Virus record (IMG/VR): IMGVR_UViG_3300005613_000011
Location: 32,001-96,000 of that record
Reading direction: 5' to 3' (one strand)
From: a virus
DNA length: 64,000 bases
Both the position numbers and the translations under genes were made by a program. Within the stretch, counting starts at the first letter, position 1. Each line of letters starts with the position of its first letter. Under the pieces are notes generated by a model. The model was not told where the DNA came from and searched no databases. It was given only the letters and a program-made list of their open reading frames with translations. Below are positions 1-10,800 of the stretch, in pieces.

Positions 1-2
1 CA

Positions 3-647
3 TATGAATTTAATATTGCTGCCGAAGAGGTGCTTAATATTACTGTAAACGTAATCGGCAAAGATCGTCAACAAAACACAGAACCAGCTCTCGACCATGA
101 TTTACCTGATTATTTGCAGAGAAATACAAGAATTATTACTTGGAATGATGTTAATGTCTATATTGGGGGAGACGGGGTAAGTGTTCAATCGAACGAAATA
201 CGCAGTTTTACCGCAACTGTCGCTAATAATTCTCAGAGAATTTACACATTAAATAACAGTTTGGCACCTCAAATAGTTCTTCCTACGAAGAGGGACATTA
301 CTGGTACGTTTACACTTCTTGGAAGAAATAGCGACCTTGGTTTAAGGGCATATGGATTCCAAAATGCCGCAAGAACAGGCAATGAAACAAGATGTACTGC
401 TGATAATACTATTTGTTTCGGATATGACGCATCGTTTGGTGGAAGCACGACATGCGATTCATCTTGGAACGTAAAGTTTGATACTTGTGTAGTATTTGAA
501 GTAGAAGAAATGGCTATAACCAACAGTTTCTTCGAGACTACTGTTAACTGGCACGCCCTGCCAGGTATTAGATTCGTTGATGGTGGAAACTTAGAAAACA
601 GCAACTTTGTTGTTAGTACTTGTACCTCTGATGATGTTCGGCCTTAA
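3..647 (+). CDS. Tail tube (major tail) protein, C-terminal part; 5' end lies outside the window
   Basis: Frame is open from position 3 (YEFNIAAEEVLNITVNVIG). Beta-rich tube-like motifs (IRSFTATVANNSQRIYTL, RDITGTFTL, FETTVNWHAL). Lies upstream of chaperone and tape measure genes. Confidence 0.65.
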   Translation, partial: YEFNIAAEEVLNITVNVIGKDRQQNTEPALDHDLPDYLQRNTRIITWNDVNVYIGGDGVSVQSNEIRSFTATVANNSQRIYTLNNSLAPQIVLPTKRDITGTFTLLGRNSDLGLRAYGFQNAARTGNETRCTADNTICFGYDASFGGSTTCDSSWNVKFDTCVVFEVEEMAITNSFFETTVNWHALPGIRFVDGGNLENSNFVVSTCTSDDVRP

Positions 648-730
648 TATCAAAGATTTAGTTGATTGAAATTCAATTAAGTTCCGATAAAGTCAACAGG
701 TGTAATGTATGAGCATTAGGAGAACAAGGA

Positions 731-1216
731 ATGTCTATTTTAAACTCTGTTAATCAATTAGTTACAGTTAAGTTGTACTATAAGTCTGTTAGGACTAAAA
801 GTGGTGTAGATAAAATTATTGTTTTGACTGATGAAGAAGGGGAAGAAGGAATGAAGAAACAAGAGGATATTATAAAAGAGAAGCAGGAAAAAGGTGAAAA
901 GATTACCGAAGAGGACAGGAAAATAGAAGTTCTGACCACTCAATGGAAATCTTTAAATTGGGGAGACCAGACAAAGATAATGAAGAAATCCGAGAGGTTT
1001 AATCCAAAAGGAGAACAGAATATTGATTGGTTGAGTTTTAGAGACCTGAGAATTAAAAACTGTTTAGTTAATTGGGACATTAAAGACGCCAAAGGCAATC
1101 CTGTTCCGCTTAGTTCTGAAACAGTAGATATGTTACCTTCTAATGTTGTTGCTGAATTATTCTCTAAATATATAGATTTGGTAGAAGGGACTGAAGAGGA
1201 GCAGGAAAAAAACTAG
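731..1216 (+). CDS. Tail assembly chaperone (lambda gpG-like)
   Basis: Between tube and tape measure genes; LVNWDIKDAKGNPVPLSSETVDMLP motif; ends at a slippery heptamer; AGGAG upstream. Confidence 0.75.
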   Translation: MSILNSVNQLVTVKLYYKSVRTKSGVDKIIVLTDEEGEEGMKKQEDIIKEKQEKGEKITEEDRKIEVLTTQWKSLNWGDQTKIMKKSERFNPKGEQNIDWLSFRDLRIKNCLVNWDIKDAKGNPVPLSSETVDMLPSNVVAELFSKYIDLVEGTEEEQEKN

Positions 1217-1434
1217 CAGAGCTGACAGACTTTCTTAGAGGCAGAAAATCTGTTAGCAATTTATCACCAAAAGTAATTGAATTTTTAATGTTTCATGAAT
1301 TTGGTTGCAGACCCGAAGAAACAAGAAACATGGATGCTAACAATGTTAAAACTTTTATGGAAATGCTTGCATTATATAAGGCAATAACTGAATCTGAACA
1401 ATCTAAAACTATGAAAGGACTATTTACAAGATGA
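1207..1434 (+). CDS. -1 programmed frameshift site (A AAA AAC) and gpT-like extension of the chaperone; not in the ORF track
   Basis: GAA AAA AAC TAG at 1205-1216. The -1 frame is open 1213-1434 (LAELTDFLRG...FLMFHEFGCRPEETRNMD...GLFTR*) and its TGA overlaps the next ATG (ATGA at 1431-1434). Confidence 0.8.
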   Translation, partial: KKLAELTDFLRGRKSVSNLSPKVIEFLMFHEFGCRPEETRNMDANNVKTFMEMLALYKAITESEQSKTMKGLFTR

Positions 1435-1838
1435 CAGGAATATTCATAGATCCAAAAGAGACGGTATCGTTTGAAATTTTTGTAGGAGTTGTTGAAGGTA
1501 AGGTTTTTACTGGAGATAACAAAGAAAAATTAGTTGCAGAAAATAAAGATATAGACAAAGAAAGTGTCATGTCGTTTGAATTTGTTTTTAGAATTCCTTC
1601 TTACAAGGACAATATTGATATGATGAAGAGCAGTGGAGCGGTAACAACCGATGGGGAAACTGTTGAATTTGATGCGGCTTCTTTAAGGTATGAAAGAATG
1701 GTTACTCTTATACAATCATGGACATTGACAGACGAAGAAGGCAAAGAGATATCACCAACGAGAGAAAACATAAACAGGTTACATCCTACGATTGCTGCGG
1801 CGATTTTAGATAAACTTGAAGAAATTATCGTTTTTTGA
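1431..1838 (+). CDS. Second tail assembly chaperone-like protein, paralogue of 731..1216
   Basis: RYERMVTLIQSWTLTDEEGKEISPTRENINRLHP aligns with RDLRIKNCLVNWDIKDAKGNPVPLSSETVDMLP. Confidence 0.65.
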   Translation: MTGIFIDPKETVSFEIFVGVVEGKVFTGDNKEKLVAENKDIDKESVMSFEFVFRIPSYKDNIDMMKSSGAVTTDGETVEFDAASLRYERMVTLIQSWTLTDEEGKEISPTRENINRLHPTIAAAILDKLEEIIVF

Positions 1839-1862
1839 ATTCATATATAACTAGTTGTTTAG

Positions 1863-1910
1863 AGGAAACCAGTTGTTCTTTTTGAAGAATAAGGTGGTTT
1901 CCTTTTTTTT
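1863..1910 (+). terminator. Rho-independent terminator
   Basis: AGGAAACCA...TGGTTTCCT stem with inner TTGTTCTT/AAGAATAA pairing, followed by T8. Confidence 0.7.
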
Positions 1911-1921
1911 AGTGAGAAAAT

Positions 1922-4795
1922 ATGCCAGAAAAAAATGCAGAAATTATAAAAAAATTAAAGCTATTTTTTGATGCCGAAGACGCAGAAAGAGCGGCTTCTA
2001 AAGTACATAACTTGAAAAAGGCCGTAGGAGGACTTAAAACTTCTGTCAAGTCCCTGCTTGATCCGATAGGGAAATTTGCTGCATTGGCCGGTGCTGGTTT
2101 TGGTCTTTCTAAATCGATTGGAACTGTACAAGATTATTATAAAACACTTCTAAAATTATCTTCACAGATGTCTAAGTATGGAGTTGGAGCTGTTACTGTA
2201 AAAAAACAAATGGAATCTTTGTCTAGTACTCTTCACTTGACAAGAATAGAATCAGCAGATCTTTTTGCTTCGTTCGAAAAAGGCTTTCCGATGGTGACGA
2301 TTAGGGGATTCGAAAAAATAATGAAGAATATCAAGAACGTTGTTGGATCAAACGCTGCTGCTATGAAGGAAATGGGGTCAAGCCTTGCTAATCTTGCAAC
2401 TCAATATCCTTGGCTTCAGCAATCTATGGAGAACCTTACCAAATTAGATAAGGAAAGATTGGAAAGTCAACTTGAATTGTTGATGTATACTGGCAAGCTT
2501 AGTCTTACACAAGTTAGAGGGATTCAAGATTACATAAGACAAAATAAACAATCTACTGTGGAAGATAAAAAACACATAGAACAATGGATGCAGTTCCAAG
2601 AAAAGATGCAAGACGTGAGATCTTCTTTTGAAAACATAGCTATGGTCCTTGGCGAAGCATTTATTCCACTTGTAAAAGATTTGTCCAGCTGGATGACCAA
2701 AAATAAGGATACGATAGTTTCAATTACTAAATTTATAGGTACCTGGGCTGCTCGTCTTGGGCCTGCTGTTATAGCGTTTAAGGCAATTAGTGGTTTTGGG
2801 AGTGGGATTTCAAGTATGGGCGGTGGTTTGGCGGGGCTAATCCCTGGCAGTAAAAAAGATTGTGACGAAGCAAAAAGATGTGCTGCCGATGCTGCAAAAG
2901 GATTCTGGGCCAAAGGAAAAATGATTGGAGCCGCTAAAATCTTTGGTTCTGCAATGGCGGGTATTGCAGGAGGTTTGATTGGTAAAGAAATTGGTGGTTA
3001 TATTGGCAAAGAATTAGGGCACGAAGGGGCAGGACAGATTATTGGAGGAGCCGCTGGCGGGGCGATAGCTGGTGCTCAAGTAGGGGGTCTCCCTGGAGCG
3101 ATAATTGGTGGAGGTATAGGGTTGTTAACATCTGCTGTTTCTATGATCAACGATAGTTTCAAAGACGCTGGAGAAGAAAAACTTAAAAAGAGATTACAAG
3201 AAATAAATGATTTAGGAGAGAGATATAGAGAGGCCCATGATGCAGGGAAAACTAGTGATCGAACTTATACCGCTCAAATGAAACTTCTAACGATATCTAG
3301 AAGTAATGATCCAAGTATGAAAGAATCAATAATGAAAGATATTCAGGCACATAGTGAAGGGAAAGACAGAGCGCTAAGCGCAGGCGAAAAACAACAAAAA
3401 TTTTGGCTTGGCCCCCTGGCTCCTGGTGGAGCTAAAAATATAGATGTAGAAAATGCAAAAAAAATGATAAAAGCAAAACTGCAAATCTTAATAAACATGG
3501 GCAAAACTAAAAAGGCCGCAGAAGAAGAACTTAAAAAATCTCTGGCAATAGACAAAGCCGAACAAGATAAATTCGCTGCGATACAGAAGCAAATTAGAGG
3601 ATTAGAGATTCAAACAAATTTAAGATCCTCCCTGGTTGGTAAATTAGAATCAGAATTACAACTTCTATTGATATCTAACAATTCGGGGGATAATACGATT
3701 AAACAATCTATGGAAAAGGCTGATATGGCAATTAAAAATGAACAATCTTTAGCTAGAGAAGTAAAATATGCAGCAGAACTTCGTTTGAAAGACGCTCAAA
3801 AAAACAAAAATAAAGAAAAAGAAGCGGAAGAGACACAGCTAATAGCAGACAAAACAAAACAGATATTAGATTTAGAAGCGAAGAGATTGACATTATATAA
3901 ACTCGGTTTTAAAGAATTTGAAACAGAAAAAGAAATACAAGGAGGTATAGCAAACCTTATGGAGACTCAGGTTAATTTGCTTGATCAGATGGGTATGGGA
4001 ATTGGTGCTCCTGCTGAAATGAGGTTCAGATTGATAGAACAAATAGGTAACAAAATCGTTACTGTTGACAAACAACTTGCAGAATTAAGAGAGTCGCAGG
4101 CAAAAGGAGAAGAAAATCAAGGAGAGATTCAAAAAGATATACTTAAATTTGAACAGGAAAGACTCCAACTTATACAGAAACAATTTTCTGTTTCCAAATC
4201 ATTGAGAGAAGGTTGGGTAGGCGCATTAAGTGCCATGACTGTTGCTTCTGGAAGAATTACAAAAATTATGATAACAAGACAAACTCACTTGGCGACGATG
4301 CTGAAAAACGGGGGAGTTGTTTCTAATGTTAGCGGGGCTTTAGGTGGTGGTGCGATGGGATCATCCAGGTTTGCTGTTGGGTTGGGAGGAGGTTTTGGTA
4401 TTACTGGTGGATATAATGCGGGTTATCAAACCGAATATGGTCCGGATGTAAGAGCAGTCAGGGCAATGGAAGAAGGAGTTATGAGAGGAAATCTGGGGCA
4501 ATCGGCATCTCTCGCTATTGGGCAGTTAGGAGCAATACAAAGGAAAACCACAGCAGGGACTTCCGGTGCAGCATATCTTAGTGGCCCAGGAATGCCAGCA
4601 TATAAAGTGCCTGGTGTGGGGGGTATAAGAAAAGCGGGAGGGGCAGTTTCTCCAGCAGGTGGAATCACTACAACAGGTGGAACTGGAGGTTGGACAAGTA
4701 AAGGCGGTTGCGCTATTTTGAACATTCATATAGAAGTCCATTCTAAAGCAGAATTAATTAAAGCATTAATTGGTTTGGCAAATAAATTAAATTAG
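1922..4795 (+). CDS. Tape measure protein
   Basis: 957 aa, helical/coiled-coil, Gly/Ala-rich hydrophobic segments (GGAAGGAIAGAQVGGLPGAIIGGGIG), ENIAMVLGEAFIPLV motif, downstream of the chaperones. Confidence 0.85.
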   Translation: MPEKNAEIIKKLKLFFDAEDAERAASKVHNLKKAVGGLKTSVKSLLDPIGKFAALAGAGFGLSKSIGTVQDYYKTLLKLSSQMSKYGVGAVTVKKQMESLSSTLHLTRIESADLFASFEKGFPMVTIRGFEKIMKNIKNVVGSNAAAMKEMGSSLANLATQYPWLQQSMENLTKLDKERLESQLELLMYTGKLSLTQVRGIQDYIRQNKQSTVEDKKHIEQWMQFQEKMQDVRSSFENIAMVLGEAFIPLVKDLSSWMTKNKDTIVSITKFIGTWAARLGPAVIAFKAISGFGSGISSMGGGLAGLIPGSKKDCDEAKRCAADAAKGFWAKGKMIGAAKIFGSAMAGIAGGLIGKEIGGYIGKELGHEGAGQIIGGAAGGAIAGAQVGGLPGAIIGGGIGLLTSAVSMINDSFKDAGEEKLKKRLQEINDLGERYREAHDAGKTSDRTYTAQMKLLTISRSNDPSMKESIMKDIQAHSEGKDRALSAGEKQQKFWLGPLAPGGAKNIDVENAKKMIKAKLQILINMGKTKKAAEEELKKSLAIDKAEQDKFAAIQKQIRGLEIQTNLRSSLVGKLESELQLLLISNNSGDNTIKQSMEKADMAIKNEQSLAREVKYAAELRLKDAQKNKNKEKEAEETQLIADKTKQILDLEAKRLTLYKLGFKEFETEKEIQGGIANLMETQVNLLDQMGMGIGAPAEMRFRLIEQIGNKIVTVDKQLAELRESQAKGEENQGEIQKDILKFEQERLQLIQKQFSVSKSLREGWVGALSAMTVASGRITKIMITRQTHLATMLKNGGVVSNVSGALGGGAMGSSRFAVGLGGGFGITGGYNAGYQTEYGPDVRAVRAMEEGVMRGNLGQSASLAIGQLGAIQRKTTAGTSGAAYLSGPGMPAYKVPGVGGIRKAGGAVSPAGGITTTGGTGGWTSKGGCAILNIHIEVHSKAELIKALIGLANKLN

Positions 4796-4847
4796 TCTGG
4801 CCATTTAGTGTGATAAATATCAATAATTTTCGAATAATATATAAAGA

Positions 4848-7800
4848 ATGGCAGATTTCGATCCGACAATCAAGAAGGTTCTTCATCCCTCTGCTCATGG
4901 TGCTCGTAGATGCTGTTTAGAAACTGAAGGTAATGCATATAAGGAAGGCGAAGTCGAACCGTGGGGCGTTATACCTTTATCTGCAAAAGCTAAGGGCATA
5001 CGTTATTCTTTCTCTATTACGCCTGTAGTTAATCACAGCGATACTATTCCATATCAAAAAAGACTTGATACAACCTCTTCAAGTGAATCGTCTGAAGATG
5101 GTGGTATTTGGCCTTCTGATGTCCCTACCATACAAACAACTAATGGGTCAAGAGGATACGGTGTAGTTCCTGGTAGTTTTAGTAATGCATTTTTGCCAGC
5201 AATAACATACGAAGAAGAGGGGTCTGGAGTAACTTATACAAAGTTTGACGATCATACCGATGGAGGAGAAATATATAGTATAAGAATGTGGACAACTGAT
5301 GTTGGAGATACTTATATATCAGAGAATAAAAGAAACGAACTAACGGGGGTAGAGTCACCAGCACAAAGATATAAAATTAATTCAGAAGGTAGTCGTGAAT
5401 ATAATTGGGAGGAAAGACCGAGAGACGAAAATAAGACTACATCATATTCTGACGTATATAAAGAACAACCTAACAATATCAGGTGGTGGTTTGGGTTAGA
5501 TGGTATTGAGCCTAACAGTGGTGATAATATACTGTGGGGCGAAGTAGTACAAGGATGTCGTGATTTAGAAGAAGAGATAAATGGAGATGAATTAGAAGAC
5601 GCTACTACCGATCTTTTAATCCAGATCATTGCATCTCCCGATGTTTCTGCTGACGATATTTCAGAAGCTAACACTGAACTAGGCGATAATTTTGAAGAGA
5701 GAAAAGCGGCTATTGACAGATACATGGAGGTTATTGATAATTCTGAGTCTACACTAAAATCAACTGAAACTGTTACTGAATCTACTCCTGCGATTGGAGG
5801 TGTTGATTATTCCAGAGTTGGAATAGCGACTGTGGCCGAACAAGTCGCTACATCATTAGAAAGCTGTTTGAATATTCCCAATGCAATTATTGACAATGAT
5901 ACACAAACGACTGTAAACAATTTTATAAGGAGTATCAGAAATAAAGCCAGCAGTCTTAAAAATTCCAGAATAAAAAATAAAAAGATTTCCATTAAGCAAG
6001 ACAAGAATATTGATGGATTTTTTGTATCATATATAAACGATCATGATTATATTGCTAAAAACGCAGACGAAGACGAAGAATGTGAAGAAACTTTTGATTG
6101 GGGTTTCCGTCATCCGGTTCCTAAAGTCTTTTATGGAGACTCCGACATAGACGATTGTCCTAGACTGCAAATATCCGAGAAGAATACGAAAGGAGGCGTT
6201 CCTGTAGTTGATGAGGGTGTTGAATTGCCCCCTCAAAGGGATTTTTATTCTAAAGATGGGGAAGCAATAGAGATTTATTCTAAAGATGTTCTGGGGAACG
6301 ATTTTCAATCATATGATTTTTTGGAAGGGACCGAATATACAAGTGGTACATGGAAGATAAGAAATTGTCATTTTAAACCTAATAGTGAGAATAAAGGGCT
6401 TGTCGTAACCGAGTGGATTAAAACTACAAAAGAAGGAGATGAGCAAAAACAAGAGACTTATAGGGAAACCACTCTTATTAATAACAATACTGGAGGGGAA
6501 TCTAGAACATTTTATACGTATATAGGGAAAGACGGGAAATCTCAAAACAGTTGGCCTAAAGGAATGACTGTTTCTGACGAAGAATTTGTGGACAAAACGG
6601 CTGATGCGAAGTTCGTAATACAATTAATAAAAAGAAGAAGAGGAATTGGTTCTAGTAGTTCGTCTAGTAGCTCCAGCTCTAGTATTAGTTCTTCTAGCAG
6701 TTCGTCTATTAGTTCTTCTAGCAGTTCGTCTATTAGTTCTTCTAGCAGTTCGTCTATTAGTTCTTCTAGCAGTTCGTCTAGTATTTCTTCTAGCAGTTCG
6801 TCTAGTATTTCTTCTAGCAGTTCGTCTATTATTTCTTCTAGCAGTTCGTCTATTATTTCTTCTAGCAGTTCGTCTATTATTTCTTCTAGCAGTTCGTCTA
6901 TTAGTTCTTCTAGCAGTTCGTCTATTAGTTCTTCTAGTAGTTCGTCTAGTATTTCTTCTAGTAGTTCGTCTATTAGTTCGTCTAGCAGTTCTTCTAGCAG
7001 TTCGTCTATTAGTTCTTCTAGCAGTTCTTCTAGCAGTTTGTCTAGTAGTTCTGCTAGTTCTATGAGTTCTTCTATGAGTTCTTCTATGAGTTCTTCTAGT
7101 TCAGCTAGTCCTCCTACGTTTATTCTTGCTGCGAATAATCCTTTTTTAAGAAAAAAGATATTACATATCGATCCTTGTGATGAAAACCTTCTTATTTTCC
7201 ATACAGAAGTAACCAATCCTTACGATAAAGATTGGTTTAAGAAGTGTATTTATGGTAGAGGAAATATCTTAGATAATGATACTATTTCCAAGATGTTACT
7301 ATTAGATATCAAGGCGATAGATTGTGAAGATGCTGATGATATAAGTTTTGAAAGAGGAAAAGACGATTGTCCTTGTCCTTGTGTTACTGACAATCATGAA
7401 CAAACGGATTGGGTTTTGGATTTATATGTTTATATTGAGTCAGGAAAATATAAGTTGTTGTTTTTCAGGGGTGTTTATGAATATGACGGGATGGAAGACG
7501 TTCCCCTCGTAGAATCTGTTGTTTTTGATGATAATCTTGTTACTGAGGAAATGGCTGGTCAAGCATATGATTTTGGGGATGATTTAGAATATTTAGAAGA
7601 CGCATGTTGGGGCTACAGGTTTTTGGACGATACTTCTAAAATTTTATCGAGCGGCCATTCTGGGACATGCACACTATATCCTTGTCTTGAAAATTTTGAA
7701 GGACTAAACGTAACTAAATTTAAGGAATCTCTCAATAATGACAATCGGGACCATAATGCATTATTTGAAGATAAAAAAAATTATGCTTATTACTATTCTA

Positions 7801-10800
7801 ATGAACAAGATATTTATTATGAAAAAGAGGGGAGCTATATACGGTCAATACATAATGATTATGCAGCGAATTACCACAAAGGCGGTGCGGCTTATAATTT
7901 GTTCACTCCTCACCTGACAACGCATAACACTATGTCCTTTATCTTCTCTGAAGAACAAACAGTTAAACATTATCCGTTTACATTGACCGAAGACACTAAG
8001 AAAGTCGCTGGAGGTTTTGTCGCTAATCTAAATACTATTTACCCGGCCAACATAGAGAGAGTTGCGTTAAATCCAAGACCACCAGTAGGGAAAAAAGACG
8101 AAGCCAATATATATAAAGACACGTACAAAACAGGTCACTTTGACAGTTACTGTGCAGATTATAACGCTAACGAAAACCCTAACAAGAGGAATGGTTCGGG
8201 CATAAGCAAATATTTGTATTACAAATTTAATTATGACGAAGATGCTGTAAAGGAACTTCTAAGGAAAGATGGAGAAGATCCGCGACCAGATCCTATTAAT
8301 GAATTTAAAGGGAGTAACGATCTGACTACGAGTAAAATTCTTCTTAGTAGGGCTTTAAAAAAAGATGACACTATATATATTACTGGTAGAATTGTTAAAA
8401 AGAGGCATTTTAGACAAATAGTTCAACTCCATACCAGATGTACTAATGACAGATTGAGAATGTACAAGTTTTATGATTGGGACTCTCTAGATAACGGAGA
8501 TGAAGGATATGATTTATATAACTGTTTGAAGCCTAAGTCTGTTGTGGAAGCATTTAATTTCACAGTTTGTTGTCACGATTACAAAGACTCTGACGGTAAT
8601 ATCGAGTGGGAGGAACAGTGGAGGATATCCGAACTTTTGACAAACGCCCGCTTAATACACAGGAGATGGCTGAGGCAGCATATAGGAGACGATCCTTTAT
8701 TGAAGAAACCTATTTCTTCCGGCACTTACTATCAGCAAGGGAAAAGTGAGGATATTTGTTGGGCAGCAGACACGCAGGGGATTATTAAACTAACGTTGAA
8801 TTTTGACGGTACATTTTCGTCTACTGTTGTTTTATCTAGAAATAAAATAAAAGATTCAAAATGGTTCCAAGCATATTTGACATCACAGAATTTAGACAAG
8901 ATAAAACTCGAAGACAAGCTGAATGTTGCGATCAAGACGCTTGTCACATCGAGCACATCTGATAAGGATAGGGATTATTTTACTGATATTTTTACGAGTG
9001 GTATGCTGTTTGATATCAGCGATCATGTTAATAAAAACATAAAAGATTATGAAAAACTTCCTTACATAAGATCTTTTGCCTTGGCAATAGGACTATTACA
9101 CGATGGAGCGGAAGTTGGTGTAACGAACCTTGATCTTACGAACAAGTCAGGCTTATCAGCTAGCGTGACTCTTGATTTGTCTACTGCTCATTTTGTTCCT
9201 AGCGGGACTAGTGCTACGTTAAGGAATTCTCCCACGAATGCTGCTATCGCTGGCAGTATCGCAACTGTTCCTGAAAACGAGTCAAGCGTTGAAAAAGCAG
9301 CAAGAGAGAAGAAAGAGTCTGATATTGAGAACGCTTCTGACAGGTATGATTTTCAAAGTTATCAGTCGTATATGAGTGGCTATTTTAGAAATGCTTATGT
9401 GGATTCTATTTCTTCTGACATGGAACAGGAGATGTATAACAAGATGACAGGGACAGAAGATTGGTCTACAACGTTTGGAGCAGATCCTCCATGGTCTTCT
9501 ACTGTAACAGGAGGCAATAGTTTTTTTGGAGGTGCAGATATTCCTCCTGGCAATCATTCTATATCTGGATCTGATGAAGTTATGTATAGAGCAGTTCCTC
9601 CTTGTAGTGGTTCCAGAACTAAAGAATACACTACAATTAGACATTTAAGCGGTAGTATGTATGTCGTGGGAGGAGGGGATCATACTCTTACGATGACATC
9701 TTCTAGTGTTAAACCTTTAATAGTTGGCAATACTTTGCAGGATAATTTTACAGGTATTAAGTGGACTACTGTAAGCAATACAATCTTTTTGCCTAGATCT
9801 TCCAATTTCAGGATATATGTTGAGAGTTTTGCTATAGAAAGGGATTTCGGTCCTAACCAGGACGAGTTTGAATATGGGACAGACGGTGGGGCAGACAACG
9901 ATTCCGAAATGTTGGAATGTTGTAATGTCAGAACTTGGCTTGCTCTTGAAAATTTAAACGTGGAAATTTTATCTCCTTCACCACCATACGATATAGAGGG
10001 TGCCGGTATATATGTGGCGGAATGGCCTTATACGGATGCTATTATTTTAACTTCTCCCGATTTTGTATATAATAGTGTCAGGTATCACTATATCACGGAT
10101 AAGGAGTACCCGTCTTGGGAGACAACAGGAGTAACAAACGATGAAGCAATAAAAATATGGGAAGAGGCGATTACGGACGAATGGAAGGCGAATGAACGAG
10201 AAATAAATACTGTTCCTTTAGAATATTGGGCAATTCATTTTGAAGGAAATATTATAAATTCAGCGTGTCCTGACGTAGAGGTTTCGCAAGCATCATTCTT
10301 TGACCCGGACGATATTGTATCTGTAGAGAGTTCTACAAGTACTTCTACAAGTACTTCTACAAGTACTTCTACAAGTACTTCTACAAGTACTTCAGCAGGC
10401 GAGAAGTTTGATGTTGATAAATATGGGGTTGACACTATTAGAACAGATCAAATAGTAGGAGAAAGTTTTGCATATAAAAGAGGAAGATCTATTTGTTTTG
10501 ACAGTGGTAAGATCCAAAGATATAATTCTAGTGCTATAACATATATGGATATACCAATTATTTTTCAACTGTCATCTCGCAAAGCAGAGTTTTTATTGAA
10601 GAGCAGCAATAGTGTATTGCAGGCTAATACTGATGTGTGCGGAGATTATCCGTATGTTTATATGAAATCTTTGAATCTTAAATTTTCTCTTACTGATGCT
10701 ACTCAGTCCACGGTTATTACTTTATGTACTTTAGGACAAGGAAAAAACAGGATTTTAACTATTGTAGATGTTATAGAACTAAAGAACTATAACGGACAGA

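Noticed and set aside
1825-1921. A second frameshift at the end of chaperone 2 (GTT TTT TGA)
   Set aside because: No in-frame X XXY YYZ heptamer; the downstream sequence is better explained as a terminator.
6542-7216. Minus-strand 224-aa ELLEELIDELL ORF and plus-strand LLAVRLL ORF (6646-7065)
   Set aside because: Alternative-frame shadows of the poly-Ser repeat.
10235-10435. EVLV-repeat minus-strand ORF, or a CRISPR-like repeat
   Set aside because: Antisense of a spacer-less in-frame (ST)n tandem repeat. No CRISPR array was seen in the window.
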